Shown here piece by piece: positions 7,440-16,937 of a stretch of 49,579 nt of DNA. The stretch comes from Escherichia phage SRT8. Position 1 is the stretch's first letter. Each line of letters starts with the position of its first letter. A model generated the notes under the pieces. It was given only the letters and a program-made list of their open reading frames with translations. It did not search any database and was not told the DNA's origin. The stretch is from the sequence record MF996376. One strand, written 5' to 3'. Both the position numbers and the translations under genes were made by a program.

Positions 7440-10400
7440 TTACCATACGCCAGTAATTCTACCAATCTGGACGCGAAGAACGCCATTCTGATCTCTAACG
7501 CTGATCGTCTGGTTATCCTGCTTCATCGAACCCTCGCCCGGAGTTGAACCGAAGTTAAGGAACGTGCCGTCCTTCCCTAAGTGCCACCCCGACTGATTCC
7601 ATACATAGTTGTTTGATTGAATGTATCCACCAATCATGGCATTAGTGATGAATCCGTCCTTAATCACCGCGCTACTTAGTATTACCTGCCCGCCCTCAAC
7701 GATAAACGGGTATCTAATTTGATTATTAGCACCGTTATAGATCGCGAATCTGTCGGCCTCAAACAGAAGTTGCGATTTAACACCACCCACACCAGAAGCT
7801 ACAAGCGACATTGCGATTCCGGCGCTGTACTGCTGCCCGTTGTACGTCAATCCAAGCTTAACTCCATACATCGCGCCGACTGAATCAACGTTAGCCCACG
7901 AATCAAGTTTCTGATTCAATGCCGCTTCGTTGTTTCCGATCCTTGCGCTTAACGCCGTGTCCGCCGTGGTTCTCGCTTCCGTTTCGTTGGCGATTGCCTG
8001 TTGAACCTGCGTTAACTGCGCCTGAATATCGTCGCCTACAGCCGCGCGTAAATCTTCAATTTCCTGCGATAGCGCTTCCGTTTCCGTGGCGATAACCTGT
8101 CGAAGTTCGGTATTCTGCGCGTTAATCCTTCCGTCGAAATCCGCTTCCATCTGCGAAACTTGCGTTACGCGGGCTTCCGTTTCATTCGCGATAAGCTGTA
8201 ACGACTCTTTAATCTGCGCCGTGAATTTTCCGTTCTTCACTCGCTGAATTCGGACGTCTTTGTCGTTCGCTAACGCGTTTTCGATTGCCGATTCCGCCGT
8301 GTTCTGGATTCTTGCGATCGCGTCGGTTGCGTTCTCCTTCAGCCACTGATAGCCCGGCGAATTCTCAATATCAACCTTAATTTCTCCGATAATGCTTTCC
8401 ACATCAGTAGACGCCATCCCCGGTATTAAGTTAGTCCACGAAGACACGTTGCCGATTTTGTCGATGGCGCGAATTCTATAGAAAATCATCTTCCCGGCCT
8501 CAAGCGGAGTATGGAAATACTCATGTTGCGGATACGGGACTAACGTTAGCAACGATGCATTTTCTACGCTGTTGTTTGGCGATTGCTGCACCTCTATGTA
8601 AGCCGTGTCGCCGGAGTCTTCAGGCATACCCCATTTTAACCGGATGCCGAAAACAACGTCGTCGGATGCCGTAAAGTTAATTGGCGCTCCCGGCTCGCCT
8701 ACCTTGCCAGTTAACCCAACAGTTACAACCTCAGACCACACGGAAGCATTTTCCGAAGAAGAGATAGCGCGAACCCGGACGGAGTATTCACCCGCGTAAA
8801 TACCTTCGACGAATGTTTCGTTAGTTTGTGTGCGAGGAACGTTAATCCAGTTTCCGTTATTCTTGCGCCATTGCACCTCGTAAAATGCCGCGTAATCGAC
8901 CTTATCCCAGCTAATGACCATCGTTTCTACGCTCAAGCCCTGCACTACTCGCGAAAACGATTCGACCGCTACGTTTTTCGGTGATGGCAACTTATCAGGA
9001 TCTACGACACTTGTCGGCCTGTCGTCCACATTCACGCCGTAGTCGATCGCGTCGTATTTGTTCGGGTCATACTCAACAGCCGTGATGCTGAATACGAACT
9101 CTTCGTCGCCGTCGCCCTTCTTGATATCGGTCACAACGTATTGTTGCAATGCAACGTCGGTTCGGTCGATAGCAAAGATAGTGTTTGGCGCGACGTCAAA
9201 GCCGAACCCTACGTTTATTTCTATCGTCTTGCCGTCTGGTGACACTGAAGAAATAGTGCGCTTAACGGGCTTTCCATCCGGCTTATTTACGACAATAAAA
9301 TCACCAGCGCGGGCGTCAACACGAAACGCCGTAAAAATCTGCAACCCTGATACTTCCATGACTCGCCCGGAAAGGTTTAACGTAAGATTGCTTGACCAGA
9401 AATTATCTGCAATCGCCACGACGTCGCCGATTTGCGGGATCATACCTTCCAGCCCGGTAGCAAAGTTAACCGTCGTGCTGCGAAGGTTAGTTCGCAGAAT
9501 CCAGCGTCCGCGCCTGTTAGCCTCGCTGCGTCGCGTACATCCGATCGCTGTAATGCTTGTCGGGTTATTGCCGAAGCGTCGCGCCGCGTCAGTATCGAAT
9601 ACAGGTTCAACGTCCTGTTGATATAAGTTTTCATGATCATCAAACTGCACGTTGCAAGTCGTGTACATGCTCTTTTCGCTCGCGAACGAGTAAGAGAAGT
9701 TACCGCCGACTACGTTTTCGTTGGTGAAAATGTAAGACGGGTCGCGCGGCTTATCGATCACGACAGATAAACTTTCGCCATTCCAAAACGACATACCACG
9801 GAAGATTGAACAGATATCGCGAACCAGTTTAAACGCTTCAATCTGCGACTGAATAACCACATCGCAAAGGTAACGCGGTTCGGTTCCGCCTTTTCCGTCT
9901 GGAACCATCTGATCGCAATATTGCCCGGCTTCGTATAACGCCCACTTATCGACATTAATCCCTAACTCACGCTGATCTAACCCGTAACGTTGGTTCGTGA
10001 TGATATCGTAAAGAACCCATGCCGGGTTATTACTCCACGCCTTTTTGAACGTGCCGTCCCAGCTTCCGTTATAGTCGCGGGTAATCGGGTTATAGTTCGA
10101 CGGGACGTTAATCACCTTCCACTTTTTACGAAGCGAAATATTCGGGATCTGCGTCGGAAACATCTTCGAATCGAATTCCACGAATAACAGACCAGTCAGC
10201 GGATAACGGAATTTAGCGTCGATTACTTCCGCATAGCTTTTCAACTGGATTTCGTCGATCAGGTTAGAATCGTCGGAATCAGGAGTAACGCGCGACACTC
10301 TCACGATTACTTGACTGTTGAACGCCGGAAGATTGATTCGGCGGCTACGGTCATAACCCGACATTGTTTTACCGTCGATCACGTCGGTGAAGTATTCGGT

Positions 10401-10865
10401 AAACGCCGCCCCATCGACAGCCAATTCTACTTTGTATTCGACGCGAACGCCGTTCTTGTCGCCGTTGTTTTCCACCTTCACGCCACGCGGCATATACATT
10501 TTGATACGGATAGCTGAAAGCGACTTGTTCGTAACGTTAATGCTGTATGGCGTATCTCGTTCGATAACGCGATTCATCGTTACTTCGCTTGCGCTGTCGG
10601 TGAATCCCTGTATGTAATCTTGCGTTTGCGTACCGGGGCGAAACTCCGCCGTGATGCCTTCATAGTTGTATGTTCCGTCGTCGTTCATTACCGGAACGTC
10701 GTTAAGCAACAGCATTTTCATATCAAAGTCTGGATCGACTTCGCCGTCTGACACTGCCAGCAAAACGCGAATCTTGTTGATTGAAATCAAATTATCTTCC
10801 ATCTCAACAGGATTGTGAGGCTTGCCGCCACCGCCTTTCGATCCGGTTATCACTTTTTTAATCAT
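7440..10865 (-). CDS. Tail tip / central tail fibre, host specificity protein (lambda gpJ-like) with coiled-coil C-terminal region
   Basis: 1141-aa ORF at the end of the lambda-like tail operon after I/K/L/M; heptad-like repeats TEARVTQV and TEALSQEI in the C-terminal region. Confidence 0.85.
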   Translation of the reverse strand: MIKKVITGSKGGGGKPHNPVEMEDNLISINKIRVLLAVSDGEVDPDFDMKMLLLNDVPVMNDDGTYNYEGITAEFRPGTQTQDYIQGFTDSASEVTMNRVIERDTPYSINVTNKSLSAIRIKMYMPRGVKVENNGDKNGVRVEYKVELAVDGAAFTEYFTDVIDGKTMSGYDRSRRINLPAFNSQVIVRVSRVTPDSDDSNLIDEIQLKSYAEVIDAKFRYPLTGLLFVEFDSKMFPTQIPNISLRKKWKVINVPSNYNPITRDYNGSWDGTFKKAWSNNPAWVLYDIITNQRYGLDQRELGINVDKWALYEAGQYCDQMVPDGKGGTEPRYLCDVVIQSQIEAFKLVRDICSIFRGMSFWNGESLSVVIDKPRDPSYIFTNENVVGGNFSYSFASEKSMYTTCNVQFDDHENLYQQDVEPVFDTDAARRFGNNPTSITAIGCTRRSEANRRGRWILRTNLRSTTVNFATGLEGMIPQIGDVVAIADNFWSSNLTLNLSGRVMEVSGLQIFTAFRVDARAGDFIVVNKPDGKPVKRTISSVSPDGKTIEINVGFGFDVAPNTIFAIDRTDVALQQYVVTDIKKGDGDEEFVFSITAVEYDPNKYDAIDYGVNVDDRPTSVVDPDKLPSPKNVAVESFSRVVQGLSVETMVISWDKVDYAAFYEVQWRKNNGNWINVPRTQTNETFVEGIYAGEYSVRVRAISSSENASVWSEVVTVGLTGKVGEPGAPINFTASDDVVFGIRLKWGMPEDSGDTAYIEVQQSPNNSVENASLLTLVPYPQHEYFHTPLEAGKMIFYRIRAIDKIGNVSSWTNLIPGMASTDVESIIGEIKVDIENSPGYQWLKENATDAIARIQNTAESAIENALANDKDVRIQRVKNGKFTAQIKESLQLIANETEARVTQVSQMEADFDGRINAQNTELRQVIATETEALSQEIEDLRAAVGDDIQAQLTQVQQAIANETEARTTADTALSARIGNNEAALNQKLDSWANVDSVGAMYGVKLGLTYNGQQYSAGIAMSLVASGVGGVKSQLLFEADRFAIYNGANNQIRYPFIVEGGQVILSSAVIKDGFITNAMIGGYIQSNNYVWNQSGWHLGKDGTFLNFGSTPGEGSMKQDNQTISVRDQNGVLRVQIGRITGVW

Positions 10866-10868
10866 GAT

Positions 10869-10890
10869 GTTTAACCTTTTGTGCTATTTA
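10869..10890 (-). promoter_or_regulatory. Palindromic element (AAATAGCACAAAAGGTTAAA) directly upstream of the J start, preceded by a TATAAT box at 10901-10906
   Basis: Late-gene arrangement: terminator, -10 box, element, ATG. Confidence 0.45.
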
Positions 10891-10912
10891 TCGGTGTTTC
10901 CATTATACAGGC

Positions 10913-10936
10913 GAAAAAAAACCCGCGCAAGGCGGG
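10913..10936 (-). terminator. Intrinsic terminator after gene I (hairpin CCCGC-GCAAG-GCGGG plus T8 on the minus strand)
   Basis: Hairpin and T-run; almost the same hairpin recurs at 13052-13075. Confidence 0.6.
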
Positions 10937-10942
10937 CTAATT

Positions 10943-11545
10943 TTATGCCATATCTTCAGCGTAGGAACCTGCGGAGAAGGTCGCCCCGCCGACAGTTCGT
11001 TCGCCATACGGAAGCGGGATCGGATACCCCGCCGCCGTTGTGTTCACCGCCCCGCCGAAAGCATAGGACGGCTTGTTCTTGCTGGATTGCACTTCGAAAT
11101 TTTGCCCCCCAGCTTGCGGGCTAATCATCTGCATTACGCCACCCAAAACCATAGCGCCGCCCATCATAAATGCGGAGGAAGCAAGCGCCCCCATCGCCGC
11201 CAGCGACGCGCCAGCCGTAAAGAATGCCGCAACCATAATCGCCGCACCTAACACGATTTGAAACAGACCGCCCGACTTTGAACCAGTAGGGATCGGGAGG
11301 ATTCGAACTTCGTTAGCGCAAGCGAACTCTTTTTCGTTGTTGTGACTAATGTTCTTCCCGTCAACGAATACGGCGTACTTCATTCTGGAACCGACTTCGC
11401 TTTGCATGTAGTCTTTAAAGCCCTCCACCTGCGACGACAGCGCCCGAATTGCTTCCGGGTATGAATCAACAGCCAGATAGTGAAAGACGCCGAAACGACG
11501 CCCCAGCGAACCAGAAAGCTTTATTTTCTTCAATGATGTATTCAT
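10943..11545 (-). CDS. Tail assembly protein (lambda gpI-like)
   Basis: Position after K; ATG at 11545 overlaps the K stop as ATGA; hydrophobic C-terminal half. Confidence 0.7.
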   Translation of the reverse strand: MNTSLKKIKLSGSLGRRFGVFHYLAVDSYPEAIRALSSQVEGFKDYMQSEVGSRMKYAVFVDGKNISHNNEKEFACANEVRILPIPTGSKSGGLFQIVLGAAIMVAAFFTAGASLAAMGALASSAFMMGGAMVLGGVMQMISPQAGGQNFEVQSSKNKPSYAFGGAVNTTAAGYPIPLPYGERTVGGATFSAGSYAEDMA

Positions 11546-12258
11546 AGTTTCAGATCCTTGTGTCTGCAAATCATAACAGTGTGCTCCTGATACCAACCGG
11601 AATATAAATCTTCACGCGACAACTTGCCGAACGCGTGATGCAAGATCTTGTTATCGCCTACGTAAATCCCGGCGTGGTTCCATACTGGCGATTGTAGTTG
11701 CATGATAATCATATCGCCCGGCCTCGGTTCCTGATTGGTCGGGACGAACCCTTCGGCCTGATAAAGATCCTGATACAGATTTTCCCCGAACTCAGGTTTC
11801 CACCATTCATAAGGTTTTCTGTAATCGCCTAATTCGATTCCGTGTTCTTTGTGGTAAGCCATAACTAAGCCCCAGCAATCAAACGAGCCTAGCGCCCACG
11901 GCCTACCAATCAGCGGAAGCGTTGACGGTTGAACGAATCGCATATCACCTTCAGGCAAGCTAACGATAGTCCACATGACGCCCATTTCGTTACAGACACA
12001 TGTATCGTGCGGCGAAGGTAGTGTAGTTGCCCCGTCGCCAGTATGACTATGAACCACACTAACCAGTTCGCCACATTCCAGCGCGTCGGCGTACTGTTGC
12101 GCGTTCATTTCGAAATGGTTTTCCGGGTCGTCGTGCATGTTGTCGATCCTGTGGTAACGCTGAACCCGGCTTTTTTGGGTGACAACCCCGCAACACTCAG
12201 CGGGGTAAGCGTCCTGCGCGTGGCGCATGATTTCGATCTTAACTTTTGCATTAATCAT
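11542..12258 (-). CDS. Tail assembly protein (lambda gpK-like) with JAB/MPN and NlpC/P60 domains
   Basis: HSHTGDGATTLPSPHD JAMM-like motif followed by a Cys/His peptidase-like region; ATG at 12258 (track start 12291 is TTG). Confidence 0.75.
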   Translation of the reverse strand: MINAKVKIEIMRHAQDAYPAECCGVVTQKSRVQRYHRIDNMHDDPENHFEMNAQQYADALECGELVSVVHSHTGDGATTLPSPHDTCVCNEMGVMWTIVSLPEGDMRFVQPSTLPLIGRPWALGSFDCWGLVMAYHKEHGIELGDYRKPYEWWKPEFGENLYQDLYQAEGFVPTNQEPRPGDMIIMQLQSPVWNHAGIYVGDNKILHHAFGKLSREDLYSGWYQEHTVMICRHKDLKL

Positions 12259-13008
12259 TGCATTTTCCTCTGTAGTGAAGCGACGGCACAACCACCGAAA
12301 TCTAATTCCTGATCCGCGCCGAAGCGAAGTTTACATGCCGTTAATGTGCCGGGGCAAAAATCTTTCGACGGGTCGTCTACCGGATTATTGTCTCTGTCGA
12401 AGTAATTCGTTCCGGCATACGCGCAACCCTTGCCGCTTTTATACCATCCACGTTGCGCCCAATAACAAACGCTTTGCGACGTGCGCGGCGGGATCATAAT
12501 CCCATCCATATCATAAGGTGATGTGAGATCGAATCGTGCTAACGTTGAATCGACGTAATCCGGGCGCTCAATGTAGTAAACCAGCTTTCGGAACGCGCCG
12601 TCTTCGATCGTGCCGTACGTTCATTAAATCTTTCGGCGCAACCCATATCGTAACCTTAGCTTGCATCATGCCATTGTAGGAACGGATTAGCGCGGCAACC
12701 TGCGAATCAATGTTAGAGATCGTAAGCTTAGGTTTTCCGGCCTTTCCGTTACTGGTGAACGAGATCCCGGAAATGCCAAAAGGTCGCGCCCCGTATTGTT
12801 CGCCCTGAAAGGTGATTTCTTTCGGCGGCAATACACCAGTTTCACGCGCTTGCATAAGTTCTTCAGGCGTGTACGCGATATTCTCAGCATGGAATCGGTA
12901 GACCTGCGCACCGAACTTCTCGCCGTCAATCTCTACCAGCGTGATAATCTCGCCGGGGTAAAGGGATTGCAGGCAGTTTTCCCATTTTTCTTTACCAGTT
13001 TCAGCCAT
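12255..13008 (-). CDS. Minor tail / tail tip protein (lambda gpL-like), reading frame interrupted by a 1-nt frameshift near 12620
   Basis: N-terminal part in ORF 12568-13008; Cys-rich C-terminal part in a second frame open from 12620 to 12255; intact frame restored by removing one A at about 12620-12621. Confidence 0.7.
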
Positions 13009-13051
13009 TTTATTTACTCCATTTGTGAATGTGCAACCATTCTACAGCCAT

Positions 13052-13075
13052 AAAAAAGCCCGCGCAAGGCGGGCT
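13052..13075 (-). terminator. Intrinsic terminator after gene M (GCCCGC-GCAAG-GCGGGC plus T6 on the minus strand)
   Basis: Hairpin and T-run; followed by a TAGAAT -10-like box before gene L. Confidence 0.6.
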
Positions 13076-13089
13076 ATTGTTAGATAGTG

Positions 13090-13443
13090 CTATTCCATAG
13101 ATGTAAACTGTTCGGAAAACGTAGCGCGGATTTCGTTCAATCCCGGCGCGATCGGGGTAAGCGCAACCGAACCAGACTTCACAATGAACAAGCCTAATTG
13201 TTCATCTGGCGGAAGCCATAAAAACGGCTTCAGTCGATGCCCGGTACAAAATGCCTTAACCGCCTTCCAATCATTGCCAGCGTATACGATCGTAAACTCC
13301 CGGCGCTCAGTGTTAAATCCAGACGATGCAACTTGCTTGTAGCCGTTACCGAAAACGACTTCCCTGTCGTTGTTCTCGGTAGTCATTGCGCCGCCGCTAT
13401 TCTGAATTTGTGTACACCATGTAAATTCGTCTAGCGTCGCCAT
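13090..13443 (-). CDS. Minor tail protein (lambda gpM-like)
   Basis: 117 aa, between tape measure and L as in lambda. Confidence 0.7.
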   Translation of the reverse strand: MATLDEFTWCTQIQNSGGAMTTENNDREVVFGNGYKQVASSGFNTERREFTIVYAGNDWKAVKAFCTGHRLKPFLWLPPDEQLGLFIVKSGSVALTPIAPGLNEIRATFSEQFTSME

Positions 13444-13446
13444 TGA

Positions 13447-16152
13447 TTAGCCTCCTGTTTTTTCCATAATGTAGGTGTAAGCTTTGCCACCTTGTGAAAA
13501 CGATTCGTTAATCATTTCGTTGCAGATCATACGAATGCCCTGCTCAAGCCCTTTTGGATCGTTGCCGTTATTCACATCGACTCGCATCCCGCTAACGTCG
13601 ATATAGTTCCCAGCGCCAGCGCCACCGCTTGAAAGCGTTAACCCTGCTCCGCGCGAAGCATTGCCAACTGAACCGCCGTTCGCATAACCGCGCATTAGTC
13701 GGTTTAGGTTGCCAACCCCGATCCGGCTTGTCGCCTCCTTCGTGAACACGAATTCACCGCCGTGAACTACGCCTTTCGGTTCGTACTTGCCGCCGTTCCC
13801 GGTATAACCGCCATTAGCAAACCCGCCCGCAAAACTCCACGTAGAGCCGCCCATCATACCAGAAATCGAATTGAAGATTACCATCTTAGTAATCATCTGG
13901 ATAATCTGGCTAATGATGCTCTTAGCGAAATCTGCGAAGTTCGCTTCACCGGTCATGAGGAATTCCGCCATCATATCAGACATTCCCGACAGCGCGTTCG
14001 AAGCAATGTTCCCTACATTATCATACATGTTAGTTGCTTCTTCGCCGTAGGTGGCAAATGCTGATTGCGCCCCAGCCAGCCAATCGCCGCGTTTTTCGTC
14101 TTCGGCTGCGTAGTATTTTTCTTGCGCTTCCTGCATACGCTTGAACGTGTCGTCCTCAAGACTTCCGCCCTTCGCTAACCAATCCGCTTGCATCTTCTGG
14201 CGTTCCGCTTCACGTTGTGCCGCAAGTGCGCCCATGCTTCGCGTATCGTTTAGCGTCTTCGTTGCCTGTTCCATTTGCAACACGAATTTAACGGAATCTT
14301 GATTCAACTGGTTTAGCCGTTCCTGCTGCGCAATCTGATCGCCTAGTTCGGCTTTCTGTTGTGCGCGGGCTAGTACCTGTTTCTGTTCCAGTAATAACGC
14401 TTGCTCCGCATTTGTTAACTTGCGTGTGGATTGCGCTTCCTCCAATACCTGAATCTGTCCTTCGACAGCCCATAGTGCTTTACGCTGTTGCGAAATGCGA
14501 TCGTTAATGCTGGCGTGTTTTTGCAGTGTCACTAACTGCGCCTGAAGCACGTAAAGCTCTTTGTCGAGTTGCTCGGTAGGTGCTCGCGTGATACCGCCAG
14601 AACCTTTCTTGCCGCCCTTCGTGCCTTTCTTCTTCTCCGCCTCCTTCGCCTGTTTCACTTCGTCTTCGCGAATCTTGATTAACTTTTGAGCGTTGGCGAT
14701 TGCTTCTTTATTGCCGGAAGCCGCGATCGCGTTGGCGTTCTTTCTCGCGTCGGCTAATGCCTTCTCAGCCCCGGCGACACGATCCGCCGCTAAATATTCT
14801 TTGTTAATCAAATCGACGGTTTTCGCTACATGCTTGTTACCTTCAATTCGCGCCGTGTTAACTTGCTGATTAAGCGTTTTAGCCTGTTCCAGCACTTTTA
14901 CAATCGGGTCAACTGCGCCGCCCAGCGCGACAGACTGTTTCCCTTCGTTCGCCCCGGTGTAATAGTTTTTCACCTCTTCCGCCGCATCGCTCCACGCGTC
15001 TTTGATTTCCAGAACCTTTAATCGGTGCTGTTCAATGTCAACGTTTAGCGCCGTGAAATCGCCCGATTTCTTGTACTGTTCGACACGCTGTCGCGCTTCG
15101 TCATAGCTGATCCCGACGTCTAACATTTTCTGTAACGACTCTTCCGCGCCGTCTTTCGTCGAAATGAAAGCTTTGATTACTTCGTCTGCTGATTGGTCGG
15201 CGGCTTTCGCGATCCCCATAATGTTCAAGGACAACCGATCAGCGTAATCGCCAGTAATCCCAAGTTGTGTATTGACTGCGGATTGAGTTTCCTTGATCTC
15301 GTTGCGGGTACTGACAACCTTATAAATCAGTGCTCCCAGCGCCCCAACCGTAACGCCCAATCCGACGTTAAGCGGATTCAGGAAAGACAACAGAACTTTG
15401 AACGTATTACCCAGCCCGCCGAAGCTGTCTTTAATCTGTCCGCCCTGCTGGATTGCTACCAACCAAACAGGCATACCGGAAGCAAGCGACGTTACAACGT
15501 CCGTAATCTGCGCCGGAAGCATTCGCATTGCTTGCGCATATTGCCCGGCAGAAACGCCAGCCAGTTTTAAACCCTTCGCCTGATTATTCAACTGCGCGAT
15601 AAATGGCGCGGCCTGTTCGCTTACGCCTAATTGCGCGGCCTTCAGTTCTAAAACTTCTTGCGCCGTCTTGCCAGCGAATAAGGCTTGCTGTTCTAAGCTC
15701 TTGATGAAGTTTTGCCCGGCCTTCGTTGCCACCTCCTTCTGGCGTGATGCTTCCGCCGCCGCTCGACCTTCAGCCGTTAACGCTTGCTGATTCTTGCGCA
15801 ATGCAACCTCTTGCGATTCCAGAACTTCGCCAAGCCGGAAGAATTCGTCGTCCGGTACGACGCCTTTTTTCCAAAGTGCGTCTAACTGCTTCGCCGTTTC
15901 GCGTAAGCGGTTCATGCTCTTGACTGTGGGATCGATAGCCGCTACAACGTTGGAGTATTCCTTCGCCTGTTTCGACAGTTCACGCGCGTGATCCTTTGCC
16001 TTCTGTTTCGCAACTTCCGTTTGATTTAGAAATTCATGGGTCGAGTCCGCCGCGCCGTCGTTCGCCTTCGCAAATTCACGAAGAGACTTTACAGCCCGAT
16101 CGACTTGCGATACGTCAACACCTAGCGACAATCCCGCGTATTGTTCCGCCAT
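13447..16152 (-). CDS. Tail tape measure protein
   Basis: 901 aa, long Ala/Gln/Glu/Lys-rich coiled-coil stretches, Gly-rich C-terminus; directly after the G/GT chaperone genes. Confidence 0.85.
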   Translation of the reverse strand: MAEQYAGLSLGVDVSQVDRAVKSLREFAKANDGAADSTHEFLNQTEVAKQKAKDHARELSKQAKEYSNVVAAIDPTVKSMNRLRETAKQLDALWKKGVVPDDEFFRLGEVLESQEVALRKNQQALTAEGRAAAEASRQKEVATKAGQNFIKSLEQQALFAGKTAQEVLELKAAQLGVSEQAAPFIAQLNNQAKGLKLAGVSAGQYAQAMRMLPAQITDVVTSLASGMPVWLVAIQQGGQIKDSFGGLGNTFKVLLSFLNPLNVGLGVTVGALGALIYKVVSTRNEIKETQSAVNTQLGITGDYADRLSLNIMGIAKAADQSADEVIKAFISTKDGAEESLQKMLDVGISYDEARQRVEQYKKSGDFTALNVDIEQHRLKVLEIKDAWSDAAEEVKNYYTGANEGKQSVALGGAVDPIVKVLEQAKTLNQQVNTARIEGNKHVAKTVDLINKEYLAADRVAGAEKALADARKNANAIAASGNKEAIANAQKLIKIREDEVKQAKEAEKKKGTKGGKKGSGGITRAPTEQLDKELYVLQAQLVTLQKHASINDRISQQRKALWAVEGQIQVLEEAQSTRKLTNAEQALLLEQKQVLARAQQKAELGDQIAQQERLNQLNQDSVKFVLQMEQATKTLNDTRSMGALAAQREAERQKMQADWLAKGGSLEDDTFKRMQEAQEKYYAAEDEKRGDWLAGAQSAFATYGEEATNMYDNVGNIASNALSGMSDMMAEFLMTGEANFADFAKSIISQIIQMITKMVIFNSISGMMGGSTWSFAGGFANGGYTGNGGKYEPKGVVHGGEFVFTKEATSRIGVGNLNRLMRGYANGGSVGNASRGAGLTLSSGGAGAGNYIDVSGMRVDVNNGNDPKGLEQGIRMICNEMINESFSQGGKAYTYIMEKTGG

Positions 16153-16171
16153 ATGTTATTACCTCCAGATA

Positions 16172-16198
16172 AAAGAAAAGCGCCCGAAGGCGCTTATT
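16172..16198 (-). terminator. Hairpin (AAGCGCC-TTCG-GGCGCTT) with T-rich tail after the T-frame ORF
   Basis: Inverted repeat read directly. Confidence 0.45.
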
Positions 16199-16520
16199 TG
16201 CTGTTATGGTGCATCATTTCTAATGCTTTCTGTTCCATAACACGAATATCGTTTAACACCTGCTCTTCATCGTCTATTTTATAGATTTTGAACAACATAG
16301 GCAAAACATTATAATCAAGACCGTAAGCCCCAGCGCCCGCGCTTCTCCACTGCGTACCCATCGCACAAAACACGTCATACGATTGGATCATATCTTCAGG
16401 GAAATAAAGTATTTCCGGTTCCTCGCCTTCGTAGTCAGAACGGGACAGGCCGACAGATCTTAACTCTTCATCTGTGGGCGGTTTCTGGTACATCAGATAA
16501 ACCGCCCGCTTTAGTTTTTT
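16194..16520 (-). CDS. T-frame extension of the tail assembly chaperone, expressed as a G-T fusion by -1 ribosomal frameshift
   Basis: Frame is continuous with G in the -1 frame from the slippery site to the stop at 16194. Confidence 0.7.
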   Translation of the reverse strand, partial: KKLKRAVYLMYQKPPTDEELRSVGLSRSDYEGEEPEILYFPEDMIQSYDVFCAMGTQWRSAGAGAYGLDYNVLPMLFKIYKIDDEEQVLNDIRVMEQKALEMMHHNSK

Positions 16521-16825
16521 ACGCGTTGCCCTGCCAGCGCTCGAAGGTAGGTTGACGTAAGAGCCAGCGCCGCGCCCGGATAGTAGCGGACAAGCATTTC
16601 GGCGTTTTCTTGATTAAACTCTTCTTCCAGATCCCAGCCGGAAGCCAATTCCATAATGAAATCGTGGTCTTTGATATCTTGTCGATCGTAAAGCTCCTGC
16701 ACTTCGTTAGACGGGCGATGCTTCACTTTGAAAGTGATTTTCGCTTCGTCGCCGTTCGGCATGATGAATTTTACGGGTAGTGCGAAGTCAGGCAGTGCTC
16801 CCAAAGTAATTTTGAATTTAGCCAT
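16511..16825 (-). CDS. Tail assembly chaperone (lambda gpG-like)
   Basis: 104 aa between major tail and tape measure genes; ends in slippery site. Confidence 0.75.
   Translation of the reverse strand: MAKFKITLGALPDFALPVKFIMPNGDEAKITFKVKHRPSNEVQELYDRQDIKDHDFIMELASGWDLEEEFNQENAEMLVRYYPGAALALTSTYLRALAGQRVKN
16514..16520 (-). other. -1 programmed frameshift slippery heptamer A-AAA-AAC at the end of the G chaperone gene, with stem-loop at 16476-16507
   Basis: Heptamer in the zero frame spans codons AAA AAC before the TAA stop; 9-bp stem GGGCGGTTT/AAACCGCCC starts a few nt downstream. Confidence 0.75.
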
Positions 16826-16847
16826 TGTTGATTCTCCTGATAGGTAA

Positions 16848-16870
16848 TAGCACGAATTGCTAAAACAGCG
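16848..16870 (-). promoter_or_regulatory. Palindromic element (aatagcacgaattgctaaaaca) just upstream of the G chaperone RBS
   Basis: Consensus match; follows the hairpin at 16906-16930. Confidence 0.45.
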
Positions 16871-16905
16871 TCGAGCCGATTTGATACGATGATTCTACAG
16901 AAAAG

Positions 16906-16930
16906 AAAAAGGGGAAGCAAGCTTCCCCGG
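16906..16930 (-). terminator. Intrinsic terminator after the major tail protein gene (GGGGAAGC-TTGC-TTCCCC plus T-run)
   Basis: Hairpin and T-run on the minus strand. Confidence 0.6.
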
Positions 16931-16937
16931 AGTGATG

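Noticed and set aside
9058-9621. Plus-strand ORFs (for example 9058-9621, 9432-9626, 9990-10187) inside the J gene
   Set aside because: Lie antisense within a long, well-supported minus-strand gene; no RBS; shadow ORFs typical of GC-biased coding sequence.
16194-16493. Treating the 99-aa ORF as an independent gene starting at its ATG
   Set aside because: No RBS before the ATG; the frame is continuous with the G gene through a slippery heptamer, so it is better explained as the frameshift extension.
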